Shown in pieces: positions 31,701 to 41,376 of a stretch of DNA of 64,000 nt. Position 1 is the first letter of the stretch; each line of letters starts with the position of its first letter. The stretch comes from Planctomycetota bacterium (GTDB lineage: Bacteria > Planctomycetota > UBA1135 > UBA2386): positions 1,056,001-1,120,000 of the forward strand of contig OZ245838.1 of the NCBI GenBank assembly GCA_965228735.1. Reading direction: 5' to 3'. Made by a program: the position numbers and the translations under genes. The notes beneath the pieces are model-generated. The model did no database searches, was not told the DNA's origin, and was given only the letters and a program-made list of their open reading frames with translations.

Positions 31701-32744
31701 TCAGGTCGCGAGCTGGCCGCACGCGGCCATCACGCTGCGACCCTTCGTGAGCCGGCGCCGCACGGGCAGGCCGGCTGCACGCAGCAGCGCGACGAAGCGC
31801 TGCACCTCGGCTTCCTCGGGCGCTCGCGCGATCGGCCGGCTGCCCGGGTTGTAGGGGATGACGTGCACGAGCACGCGGCCGAGCGGTTCGCAGAAGCGCG
31901 CGATCGCGCGGGCGTCCGCGGGGCTGTCGTTGATCCCGGGCAGCAGGCACCAGTGGATGCCGAGCGCGAGGTTCTTGCGCTGGCGGTAGTCCACGAGGGC
32001 GGCCTGGATCGCCGCGAGCGACCACCGGGTGTTCGGCATGAGCTCGCGGCGCAGCGCGTCGTCCGCGGCGTTGAGACTCAGCGCCAGGCCGAGGCGACGC
32101 CAGCCGAGCTCGCGCAGGCGTCGGAGTCCCGGCACGTGGCCGACGGTGCACACGGTGAGCCGGTCGCGGGCGTAGCCGAGGCCGACCGGATCCGTGAGCA
32201 CGCGCATCGCCGTGAGCAGGTGATCGACGTTGTCGAGCGGCTCGCCCATGCCCATGAACACGAGGTTGTCGGGGCGCCGATCGGCCGCCGCCGCGACCGT
32301 GACCTGGGCGACGATCTCACCGGGGGTAAGGTTGCGATCGAGCCCGAACAGCCCGGTCTCGCAGAACGTGCAGCCCCGGGCGCAGCCGACCTGGGTCGAG
32401 ACGCACAGGCTCGAGCGGCCGCGGCCCATCGGCAGGTGCACGCTCTCGACGGCGCGGCCATCGCGGAACCGCAGTTCGCGCTTCTCCACCGCGCCCGTGG
32501 GCGTCGCCTCGGACTCGGTCGCCGTGGTCCGCGGGAGCGCGAGTGCCGCGAGCTCGCGCCAGGTGCTGGCCGCGCGGGTTCCGAGGCCGTGCCGTTCGGG
32601 CTCGAACCGCGCCCGGGTCGTCGCGTCGCGGTGCAGCCGATTGGCGACGTGCGCGCCCTTCTCGGCCCCGAAACGGGCCTGGGCCGCCCGCAGCAGGGCG
32701 GCAGCCGGGGTGGCGAGCAGATCGAGGGGGAGCTGGGTGGACAC
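31701..32744 (-). CDS. rlmN: RlmN/Cfr-family radical SAM RNA methyltransferase
   Basis: CVSTQVGCARGCTFC, FMGMGEPLDN, INDS, AACGQL. Confidence 0.85.
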   Translation of the reverse strand: MSTQLPLDLLATPAAALLRAAQARFGAEKGAHVANRLHRDATTRARFEPERHGLGTRAASTWRELAALALPRTTATESEATPTGAVEKRELRFRDGRAVESVHLPMGRGRSSLCVSTQVGCARGCTFCETGLFGLDRNLTPGEIVAQVTVAAAADRRPDNLVFMGMGEPLDNVDHLLTAMRVLTDPVGLGYARDRLTVCTVGHVPGLRRLRELGWRRLGLALSLNAADDALRRELMPNTRWSLAAIQAALVDYRQRKNLALGIHWCLLPGINDSPADARAIARFCEPLGRVLVHVIPYNPGSRPIARAPEEAEVQRFVALLRAAGLPVRRRLTKGRSVMAACGQLAT

Positions 32745-32955
32745 GACGGATTCCGCACTCGGGCGACAGGGATGGAAGCAGAGCGGCCACCCGGGTTAAA
32801 ACTTGGCATCGCAAAGTAAATGCTGGCGACCCGGGGTGGTGTTCGCCATCATGCCGCGCCGATGACTGTCTCCGGTACGCGCCCGTCCAGCGCGCGCCTC
32901 CGAACCCGACCCCTGCTCCGCACGAGCCAGGGACTGACCAGAACGCAACCGATCC

Positions 32956-33798
32956 GTGACCGACAGCTCGCCGACCCAGACTCCCGACCCCGGCGGCCAG
33001 GCCGCCGCGCCGGACCCGGCACCCGGCGCGGGGCCGGGCGCAGCACCGGCCGTGACCGAGCCGGTGCTGCGCGCGGCCGGGGTGTTCCGCTTCCGCAAGG
33101 TCGATGGCAGCGACGTGCCGATCGTCAAGGACGTGTCGTTCGAGTTGGCGCCGGGTGAGTTCGCGACGATCATGGGGCCGTCGGGTTCGGGCAAGTCGAC
33201 GCTCCTGCACATGCTCGCGGGTCTCGAGCCGCCGTCGGCGGGGGCGATCACCCTCGCCGGGCACGACCTCGGCGCGGCGGACGAGGAAGCGCGCGCGGCG
33301 GTGCGACGGCGCCACATCGGGTTCATCTTCCAGTTCTTCCATCTGCTGCCCGACCTCACGGTCTGGGAGAACGTGACGTTGCCGCTTCGCATCCTCGGCC
33401 AGAGTCCGAAGAAGCACAGCGGGCGGATCGAGAGCCTGCTCGAGCTGCTCGGCATCGCGCAGCTCAAGGACCGCCGCCCGGCGGCGATGTCCGGCGGTGA
33501 GATGCAACGCGTGTCGATCGCGCGCGCGCTGTCGACGCAGCCGCCGTTGATCCTCGCGGACGAACCCACGGGCAACCTGTCGAGCAAGGCCGGCGAAGAG
33601 GTCGTGCAGCTGCTCGGCCGCGTGCGCGAGAAGCTCGCGACCGCGATCCTGCTCGTGACCCACAATCCGCGCGATGCCGCAGTCGGTGACCGCGTCATGT
33701 TCCTGCACGACGGCGCGCTGCGCCGAGAGAGCACCCTCGAGGGAGGCCCGTTCGGTGTCGCTGACATCCATCATCGTCTGCAAGAGCTGGGCATCTAG
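32956..33798 (+). CDS. ABC transporter ATP-binding protein (LolD/MacB-like)
   Basis: GPSGSGKST, MSGGEMQRV, ADEPTGNL, VTHN. Confidence 0.93.
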   Translation: MTDSSPTQTPDPGGQAAAPDPAPGAGPGAAPAVTEPVLRAAGVFRFRKVDGSDVPIVKDVSFELAPGEFATIMGPSGSGKSTLLHMLAGLEPPSAGAITLAGHDLGAADEEARAAVRRRHIGFIFQFFHLLPDLTVWENVTLPLRILGQSPKKHSGRIESLLELLGIAQLKDRRPAAMSGGEMQRVSIARALSTQPPLILADEPTGNLSSKAGEEVVQLLGRVREKLATAILLVTHNPRDAAVGDRVMFLHDGALRRESTLEGGPFGVADIHHRLQELGI

Positions 33799-36364
33799 CC
33801 CGCTGCGCATGGCGCTGACGGTCCTGGGCATCGCGCTCGGGGTCGCGATCGTCGTGGCCATCTACGTGATGGATCACAACACGATCCAGAGCCGCCTGCT
33901 CGCGCAGAACCCGCAGCGCGGCCGCGTCGACCTCGAGGTGCGGGCGAAGGACACGAACGCGGACCGCGAAGCCGTCCGCCGGGCGCTCTCGGGCCATGCC
34001 GGCGTCGACAGCGTCGCGGTGTGGGGCGAGGCCCGCGGGCTCGTGCTGGCGCAGGGGGGCGACCGCTCGCTCGACGTGGCGGTGTTCGGGCTCGATCCGC
34101 TGCCGGCCGGGCCGTTCGCGCACTACGTCGTGCACCACGGGCGCGATCTCGGCGTCGACGACATGGGACCCGAGGGTGCCGGCGTGCTGCTGGGCGCGGA
34201 GGCCGCCCGCCTGCTCGGTGTCGAGGCCGGGTCGACGGTCACGCTCGCGGCCCCGGCGCGCATCCAGCGGGTCGAGTGTCGCGACGGCAAGCTCGTGCCG
34301 CTGCCGATGCCGCCGGGCAAGCCGTTCGAGACCGAGGTGACGGTGGCCGGGATCGTCGGCGACGAACGCCTCGGTGGCCGCAACTTCGGCCAGATGGTCG
34401 TCTGCTCGCTGGGGCTGGCGCAGCGGCTGCAACCGCGCGGCCCGGCCGTCTACCACGTGCTGCGCGCTCCGGGCACCGATCTCGACCGCCTCACGAACGA
34501 CCTCGAGGAGGAGTTCAACGTGCAGGACATGCGCGGTGCTTTGATCGGCGAGGGCGCCGACGAACGCGCGTTCCGCAACGGCCTCAAGATCCTCGGCGGG
34601 CTCGCGCTGCTGCTCGGGATGTACGTGGTGTTCCAGACGCTGTCGCATGCGCTCGTCGCGCGGATCAAGCAGCTCGGGCTGCTGCGCTGCCTCGGCGCCG
34701 GCTCCGGCGCGATCACGCGGATCTTCCTCGTCGACGCGCTGCTGCTCGGGGCGCTCGGCAGCGTCACGGGCATCGGACTGGGGCTGCTGTTTGCGTATCT
34801 GCTGCGCGAGTACGAGGTCAGCTCGCTCGGTCTCGGCAAGGCGTGGGCGACGTTCGAGATCCCGTGGTATCCGGTCGGCTGGACCGCGCTGCTCGGCATG
34901 CTGTTCACGCTCGCCGGCGCGATGTTCCCGCTCGTGCGGGCCCGCAAGGTGCCGGCGCTGCAGATCCTGCAGGCGCGCGCGATCGCGCCGGGGAAGGACG
35001 ACGGCGTCGACCTGCTGCGCGGAATCAACTTCTGGATGTTCGGCCTGCTCGCGATCGCGCTGCCGCTCGCCTACCTCGCGATGACGCCGCTGGCGTCCGA
35101 GGAGGGCACCGAGACCCTCGTCGTGCTCATCGAACTCGTGTCGATGCTCGGCCTGTTCGGCGGCGTGCTGCTGCTCGCGCCCGGCATCGTCGCGATCTTC
35201 GGTCGCCTCGTCCTGCTGCCGTTCCGCGCGTTCTCCCCGATGGCGGCCTGGCTCGTCGACAAGGTCGTGCAGCGCTCCGCCGGGCGGGTCGCGGCGGCCG
35301 TCTGCGGGCTGTCGGCCGTCGTGATCGCGATGCTCGGGTTGAAGGCGCTCACGATGTCGCTGCGGGCCGAGGTCCGGAACTTCGACGACCAGGCACTCGC
35401 CGGTCGCATGTTCTTGCGCACGCACCCGGTCTCGCCTGACGCGGCCCGCGGCCTGGCCGAGGTTCCAGGGGTCCTGGCGGTGGAGGCGTTCGAAGGTGAG
35501 CAGCGCGGTGACGGTTTCCAACTCCGTGGCCTGGCGACGGCAGCGATCGGCAACGACGGCGCGCCGCTCGAGGGCTTGCCCGCGCTGCTCGCGCGCTACG
35601 ACAGCGACCGCGCTCGCAGCTGCGTCATCAGCTCGCGGCTGTCGCGCCACAAGGGCAAGCGCGCGGGTTCGACGATCAACCTCATCGACCGTAACGGCAC
35701 GCACGTCGCCTACCAGGTGCTCGCCGTCAGCGATCGCGCCGGTTTCGACTCCGACGAACGCGCGTGGGTGCTCACGAACCCGCGCTGGATGAAGCGCGAC
35801 TTCTGCGTCGCGGACGAGTGCGTCGAGCACATCACGCTGCGTCTCGATCCCGGTGCCGACACCGACGCGATCACGGCAGCCGCCCGCGCGATGTTCCCGG
35901 CAGTGCCGATGAGCAAGCGTGGGGATTCGATCGGCGCGTATCTGCTGCGGGACGTCGATCGCGACTTCGTGCTGTTCGACGTTCTCCTGCTGCTCATGCT
36001 GGCCCTGGCCGGTGTCGGACTGCTGAATGGGATGACCATCGCCGCGCTCGGACGGGTGCGCGAGCTCGGCGTGCTGCGCGCGCTCGGAATCACGCGCCGC
36101 GCCCTCGGCGGCAGCTTCCTGCTCGAGGGCGCCGTTGTCGCCGTTCTTGCGTCCGGGCTCTCGCTCGCCCTCGCAGGGCCGATGGCGTGGGTTCTCGTCC
36201 AGGGCATGAATCGGGTCGCGGCGCTCGATGCGCCCGTCACGCTGCCCTACACGTGGTTCGTGATCGCGCCGGCACTCGCGCTCGCGACGTCGCTGCTGGC
36301 GGCGGCGGTGCCAGCTTGGCGCGCGCTGCGGCAGAGTCCGAGCGAGTCCGTGCGCTACGAGTAG
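33755..36364 (+). CDS. ABC transporter permease with two FtsX-like domains
   Basis: GTG start after GGAGG; LTVLGIALGVA, RIKQLGLLRCLGA, RVRELGVLRALG, C-terminal PSESVRYE. Confidence 0.9.
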   Translation: MSLTSIIVCKSWASSPLRMALTVLGIALGVAIVVAIYVMDHNTIQSRLLAQNPQRGRVDLEVRAKDTNADREAVRRALSGHAGVDSVAVWGEARGLVLAQGGDRSLDVAVFGLDPLPAGPFAHYVVHHGRDLGVDDMGPEGAGVLLGAEAARLLGVEAGSTVTLAAPARIQRVECRDGKLVPLPMPPGKPFETEVTVAGIVGDERLGGRNFGQMVVCSLGLAQRLQPRGPAVYHVLRAPGTDLDRLTNDLEEEFNVQDMRGALIGEGADERAFRNGLKILGGLALLLGMYVVFQTLSHALVARIKQLGLLRCLGAGSGAITRIFLVDALLLGALGSVTGIGLGLLFAYLLREYEVSSLGLGKAWATFEIPWYPVGWTALLGMLFTLAGAMFPLVRARKVPALQILQARAIAPGKDDGVDLLRGINFWMFGLLAIALPLAYLAMTPLASEEGTETLVVLIELVSMLGLFGGVLLLAPGIVAIFGRLVLLPFRAFSPMAAWLVDKVVQRSAGRVAAAVCGLSAVVIAMLGLKALTMSLRAEVRNFDDQALAGRMFLRTHPVSPDAARGLAEVPGVLAVEAFEGEQRGDGFQLRGLATAAIGNDGAPLEGLPALLARYDSDRARSCVISSRLSRHKGKRAGSTINLIDRNGTHVAYQVLAVSDRAGFDSDERAWVLTNPRWMKRDFCVADECVEHITLRLDPGADTDAITAAARAMFPAVPMSKRGDSIGAYLLRDVDRDFVLFDVLLLLMLALAGVGLLNGMTIAALGRVRELGVLRALGITRRALGGSFLLEGAVVAVLASGLSLALAGPMAWVLVQGMNRVAALDAPVTLPYTWFVIAPALALATSLLAAAVPAWRALRQSPSESVRYE

Positions 36365-36372
36365 CTGCGGGC

Positions 36373-38712
36373 TCAGCGCAGGCCGACGGTCGCCGCAAGC
36401 GCATCGGACACCCCGGCACCGGTCGGGTTGCCGAAGGCCTGGTCGAACACGATGACCTGATTGTAGAACTCGAAGCCCGCGAAACTCGGCAGCAGCGGGA
36501 TCGGGAACGAGAACGTGACGGGCGCGCCGTTGTGCAGCAACGGGAACGGTTCGTCGGCCGAGATGAAGAGCTGGCAGCCGGGCAGGCCGAAGCCGCCGAG
36601 GGGTGCCGGCAGCGTGAACGTGAGCCACTGCGTGCGCGAAAAGCCGTAGACGACGAAGCCGAACCCCGGTTGCTGGGGCAATCCGCTGACCACGATGTCG
36701 AACGTGTCGCCGAGCCACGGTCGGCTGAACGGCGAAGGCGCGAGCGTGACCGCGGTCGGCGTGACGGGGCACGAGGTCCCGTAGCGCTCGACGGTCGCCG
36801 TGATGGCGGCGCCGTAGCGCTCCGTCTCGGCGTGGTCACGCGCGCCGTCGCTGCCCCCGATCAGGATCGTGCGATCCGTGGCGGCATGGTGCGCCATGCC
36901 CGCGAGGAAGCGTGGTGCGGGCGCGTTCGGTGCGGTGCTCGACTGCCAGATGCCGGCTCCACCGTCCCATTCCCAGCTGTCGGCCAGAGCCTGGAAGTTG
37001 CCGTCGAGCCCACCGTGCAGCACGACGCGCCCGCGTTCGGCGGCCCAGGTCATCGCGGCATCGAATCGCGCGGCCGGCGCCGTGGCGGTCGGTTGCAGCA
37101 CCCAGCCGGATGGTTCGAAGACCCAGGTGTCGTTCCGTGGCCCGCTGCCGTCGTGCCCACCGAAGAGGACGACGGCGTCGTTCGCTTCGTCGAACGTGAG
37201 CGCGTGGCCGCGGCGCGGGCCCGGGCCGAACGCCGGGAGCTGGGTCCAGTTCGTCCCGTCGAACCGCCAGGTGTCGCCGAGCACCTGGAAGAGCGCGTCC
37301 GTGCCGCCATAGAGCAACACGCCGCCGCCGCGCGTCGTCGTGAGGGCATGCTCCTGGCGCGGAGTCGGCGCGTTCGCCGGCGCGAGCGGATTCCAGTTGG
37401 ACCCGTCCCACTCCCAGGTGTCGCCGAGCGGCACGCCGGCCCCGCGACCGCCGAACAGGAGCGCCGTCTGCCGACCCGGGTGCCAGGCCATCGCGGTCAG
37501 CGCGCGCGGCGTCGGGCCGAACCCGAGGCGCGGTTGCCAGCTCGTGCCGTCCCATTCCCAGGTGTCGGCGAGTTCCTTGCCCGTGATCGTGACACCGCCG
37601 AAGAGCACGGTGCGGCGGCGCCCCGGGTCGTAGGTCAACGCGTGACTGCTGCGGGCCGGAGGCGTGTCCGCGGGGCGAACGGTCGTCCACGTCGTGGGCT
37701 GCGCGACCGCCAGCTCGAGCACGTCACCGAGTCGCCGCAGCGCGCCGTCGATCCCGCCGGCGAGCCGCACCCGCTGGGCGTTGGCGTCGAAGATCGCGCC
37801 CGAGCCGCCGCGAGCGGAGAGACCCGAGGTGCTGCGCTGCGTCCACTGCGCCCCGTCGAACTGCCAGACGTCGGCCCGCGCACCCGCGCCGTCGAGGCCG
37901 CCGATGAGGAAGATGCCACCGGTCGAGCCATCGGCCACGAGAGCGGCCCGCTCCCGCGCCGTGGGCGCGGTCGGCGTCGCGAGCTGGATCCAGCTGCCGT
38001 TCGACCACCGCCACAGCTCGCCGCTGAGACCGGTACTGGTGCGGCCACCGAACAGCAGCGGGGCAGCGTTGGGGCCGGCCGGGGTCGCGAGCGCGGCGCC
38101 GCTCCGCGGGGGCACCGTCGCGCTGGTCACGTTCGTCCAGGAGCTGCCGTCGAAGGTCCAGGTGTCGCCGCGCCGGAGCTGCTGCGTCCTCCCACAGGTG
38201 AGCAGGACGACGCCAGCGGTCGCCTCCCAGGTCATCGCGTGCTCGCGCCGCGCCGCAGGCCCGGTCAGCGGTCCCGGCGTCCACGCCGTGCCGTCCCAGA
38301 GCCAGGTGTCCGAACGATCGCCGAGGGCGTCGGCGCCGCCGAACAGCACCGTCTGCTGTCGCACCGGATCGAACGCCAGAGCATGCGCCGTGCGCGGACT
38401 CGGGCCTGGCCCCGGCCCCGGCGCGGTCGCGCGGCGAACGAGCGCGCCGGCCTGCCATTCCCACACTTCCGCGAGCAATCGACCGGCATCGTCGCCGCCG
38501 AACCAGACCGTGACGTCACGGGCGCTGTCGTAGGCCGCCGCGAGTCCGGCGCGTGGCGTGAACAGCGTCGCCGTCGTCCAGTCGGTCTGCGCCCCGACCG
38601 ACGCGGTCAAGAGCGTTCCCGCGACAGCGGCGAGAGCGTTGGCGGTAAGCGAATGAGTGGCCAAGCGGAAGGATCCCCAGCGGGGCGCGCAACGCCCGGC
38701 GAGCCGCCACAT
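36373..38712 (-). CDS. Secreted Kelch-repeat beta-propeller protein with the shared C-terminal module
   Basis: About 12 repeats of PxxRxxHAL..D.....VLFGG......DTW.WDG..W. Start uncertain (38712 or 38664); signal ends SVGAQ. Confidence 0.88.
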   Translation of the reverse strand: MWRLAGRCAPRWGSFRLATHSLTANALAAVAGTLLTASVGAQTDWTTATLFTPRAGLAAAYDSARDVTVWFGGDDAGRLLAEVWEWQAGALVRRATAPGPGPGPSPRTAHALAFDPVRQQTVLFGGADALGDRSDTWLWDGTAWTPGPLTGPAARREHAMTWEATAGVVLLTCGRTQQLRRGDTWTFDGSSWTNVTSATVPPRSGAALATPAGPNAAPLLFGGRTSTGLSGELWRWSNGSWIQLATPTAPTARERAALVADGSTGGIFLIGGLDGAGARADVWQFDGAQWTQRSTSGLSARGGSGAIFDANAQRVRLAGGIDGALRRLGDVLELAVAQPTTWTTVRPADTPPARSSHALTYDPGRRRTVLFGGVTITGKELADTWEWDGTSWQPRLGFGPTPRALTAMAWHPGRQTALLFGGRGAGVPLGDTWEWDGSNWNPLAPANAPTPRQEHALTTTRGGGVLLYGGTDALFQVLGDTWRFDGTNWTQLPAFGPGPRRGHALTFDEANDAVVLFGGHDGSGPRNDTWVFEPSGWVLQPTATAPAARFDAAMTWAAERGRVVLHGGLDGNFQALADSWEWDGGAGIWQSSTAPNAPAPRFLAGMAHHAATDRTILIGGSDGARDHAETERYGAAITATVERYGTSCPVTPTAVTLAPSPFSRPWLGDTFDIVVSGLPQQPGFGFVVYGFSRTQWLTFTLPAPLGGFGLPGCQLFISADEPFPLLHNGAPVTFSFPIPLLPSFAGFEFYNQVIVFDQAFGNPTGAGVSDALAATVGLR

Positions 38713-39141
38713 TCTAGAGCACCGTCGGATGCTGCCCAGGGGGGCGGCGAACTGGGATTGCGGCATGTCGCATGGCAAGCCAGCCGAGCTTCGCAGAGCG
38801 CCGACTCGGCCGCTGCGATCGCGCGGCGGTTCGTCCGTGCCAGGGGGCGAACGGCGCCCAGTGCCTGCGATCCTCGGCCGCTGGATCGCGACGGGCGGAT
38901 CGGCGCTCGCGATCGCGACGTCCGGGCTCATTTGCGGCGCCGGTTACGGATCGGGAGACGCGGCGCGAGGCGTTGGCGGCGTTACTGCGCGCGAGCGCCC
39001 GGGCCGAGCTCACGCGGCTCGCGAGGGCCACTGCGATCGACGACCTGCCGGAGCCGGCACCAAAGTGGCATTGCCGCCATGCTCACCGGACCCGTGGCTG
39101 CGTGCCGGCGAGCCCGTCGTGCCTGCCGTGGCGGCACGAGC

Positions 39142-40128
39142 TCAACGTCGCCATCGGAAGTCGACGACGAGCGCGCCGTGGTCGCTCGGAAACGCCCGGT
39201 CCTTCTGCTCCACGCTCATCGGTTCGAACCGTTCGGGCAGCACGTGTGCGGTGACCGGCTCGAGCCGCCAGCCGCTGTCGTTCGGCCGCGAATAGAGGCG
39301 GTCGATGCGATCCGCAGGTACGGGTTTCTCGGGCGTGCCACGCGCGAGCGGCGTCCACGTGATGCCCGGGCGCTGGATCGGGTTGGGATAGAGCGCCCGA
39401 AACGTGTCCACGAAACCGGCCTCCTGCATCGCCTGGCTGACGGGCAACGGCAGGGCGCGGCGATAGCGCATCACCCGCGCGGTGTCCGCGGTCCAGTCGA
39501 GATGCGACGGGCAGTTCCAGTCGCCGCCGACGAGCAGCGGCAGTTCGCCGTTCAACGCTCCCGTGGTCCGCAGGTGCTCGAGCAACGCGCGACACTGGCG
39601 CAGTCGGTCCGACTTCTTCGACTCGAGCGCCAGCAAGTCGCTGTCCGAAGCCTCGGGGTGATCGCGCAGGTGGTAGGGCACGTACTCCCGCCAGTCGATC
39701 CACGTCGAGTAGACGAGGAAGCGCCGCTCCCGCACGTCGACGAGGCGCGCACCGACCCCGTGCCACACCGCGTGGAACCGCTGCTCCTCGATCGTCAGTG
39801 GAGTGAGCACGCAGAGATGCGTGCTCTTGCCCTGCCACTGATGCCAGCCGAGTTCGGTTGCGAGCCACTCTCCGAGCTTCGGACGGTCCCCGTCGATGTC
39901 GTAGCTCTCCTGCAGCAGGCAGACGTCGGGTGCCGCCGCGCGGATCACGGCGAGGGCCTTCTCGGGCCCGTCGTCGAAGTGGTTCGCGCCACGCTGGATG
40001 TTCCACACGAGCACGCGGAGGTGGTCGGTCGACCGCTGCTCTGACGACTCCTGGGCGCGGCCTGGCGCGAGGAGCAGGCAGCAACCGAACAGCAGCGCGA
40101 ACGCGGTTGGGCAACGGGCGTCTGTCAT
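39142..40128 (-). CDS. Exported endonuclease/exonuclease/phosphatase family protein
   Basis: LRVLVWNI, LLQE, GGDWN, RIDRLY, PSDH; signal ends GRAQ. Confidence 0.9.
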   Translation of the reverse strand: MTDARCPTAFALLFGCCLLLAPGRAQESSEQRSTDHLRVLVWNIQRGANHFDDGPEKALAVIRAAAPDVCLLQESYDIDGDRPKLGEWLATELGWHQWQGKSTHLCVLTPLTIEEQRFHAVWHGVGARLVDVRERRFLVYSTWIDWREYVPYHLRDHPEASDSDLLALESKKSDRLRQCRALLEHLRTTGALNGELPLLVGGDWNCPSHLDWTADTARVMRYRRALPLPVSQAMQEAGFVDTFRALYPNPIQRPGITWTPLARGTPEKPVPADRIDRLYSRPNDSGWRLEPVTAHVLPERFEPMSVEQKDRAFPSDHGALVVDFRWRR

Positions 40129-40142
40129 CGTCGTTCTCCGGG

Positions 40143-41255
40143 TCAGTCGAGGAGGTCGTGGCGGCGCATCAGGGCGATGATCCGGACGGCTGCGAGTCGG
40201 TGGCCGAGCGCGGACCAGTGACCGGTCGCCGGATCGTAGATCGGCTGCGCCTCCATTTGCTCGGCGGTCGCACCGAGGCGCGCGTCGAACGCGAGGAAGG
40301 GCACGGCCGCGGCGCGAGTCGCGCCTTCGATGGTCGCTATGATGCGGTCCTTGTCCGGGAAGTCGGTCTTGTTGGGGATGAACGTGACGACGAGACCGAT
40401 GTTGCGTTCGGCGCAGTGGGTCGCCAACCGGGCGATCAGCAGTCGGGTGATCGCCGCCTTAGCGAGGAAGGTCGCGTCCGGTTCGCGATGGTCACGCAGC
40501 TTGTTCGCGACCCGGTAGGTGAGGTAGCGCCCCGCGAGCCATACCCGCGGCAGACGCAGGAGCGGCGCCATGCGTTGCTCGACGTGGGCGAGCTTGTCGG
40601 CGTTGGTCGGCAACCGGGGCAGGGGCGTGTTCGTCAGGCGCAGCTGGCCGTCGTGCACCGCGAAGCGCGGCTTGGGTGAGCTGAACCGCCAACGCAGGAA
40701 GTTGCGGTTGAAGTCGTCGATGTAGATCGTCAGGACGACGAAATCCGGTTCGTAGTCCCGGCCCACCGCCTCGAATCGGAGCACGGCCTGGTCGATGCCG
40801 TAGCCCGGCACCGCGAGGTTGAGGACCTCGGTGTTGGCGAGCATCGACTGCATCCGGGCTGCATAGGTCTCGTCATCGGCGACACCGACCCCGGTCGAGA
40901 ACGAGTCCCCGAGCACGAGTCCGCGCCGCAGACCGGCCGGCTTGGGGATCGCATGCTCGGCGGTCCCGCGCAGTCCCCGGGAGTTGGTCGAATACCCGCC
41001 CCAGAGGTCCGGCAGCCATACGTCGGGGCGCAGCGTCCAGCCGAGAACAGGGTCGAAGACGGCGCGCGGGTCGTCGTCGGGTTCGACGACTTCCGCATGG
41101 TGGTCGACGAACCAGCCCTCGGGATGCTCGTTGCGGGTCAGCAGATCCGAGAAGGGCACGAGCACCCGCAACAGGATCTCCGCAACGCCCAGCGTGGCGA
41201 CGAACACGATGGCGAGGAACAGCAGGCGGCGGCGGAGCGGGATCCGGCGTTTCAT
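40143..41255 (-). CDS. Membrane-anchored SGNH/GDSL hydrolase
   Basis: TNSRGLRG, LGDSFSTG, NLAVPGYG, GHWSALGH. Confidence 0.85.
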   Translation of the reverse strand: MKRRIPLRRRLLFLAIVFVATLGVAEILLRVLVPFSDLLTRNEHPEGWFVDHHAEVVEPDDDPRAVFDPVLGWTLRPDVWLPDLWGGYSTNSRGLRGTAEHAIPKPAGLRRGLVLGDSFSTGVGVADDETYAARMQSMLANTEVLNLAVPGYGIDQAVLRFEAVGRDYEPDFVVLTIYIDDFNRNFLRWRFSSPKPRFAVHDGQLRLTNTPLPRLPTNADKLAHVEQRMAPLLRLPRVWLAGRYLTYRVANKLRDHREPDATFLAKAAITRLLIARLATHCAERNIGLVVTFIPNKTDFPDKDRIIATIEGATRAAAVPFLAFDARLGATAEQMEAQPIYDPATGHWSALGHRLAAVRIIALMRRHDLLD

Positions 41256-41376
41256 GGCGCGCTACGAGGGTAGGCCACGCCCGCAGCGACGGAAACGACG
41301 GCTCGACGAAGACTCCAGCGCCGCCGCGACCTGCGCTGGAATGCGGCCGCGGCGGCGGATACGACGTTCGCCATAA

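Noticed and set aside
31701..32744. Cfr-type antibiotic resistance methyltransferase
   Set aside because: Motifs (MGMGEPLDN, ACGQL) fit housekeeping RlmN-like enzymes and there is no mobile context. Only the N-terminus is atypical.
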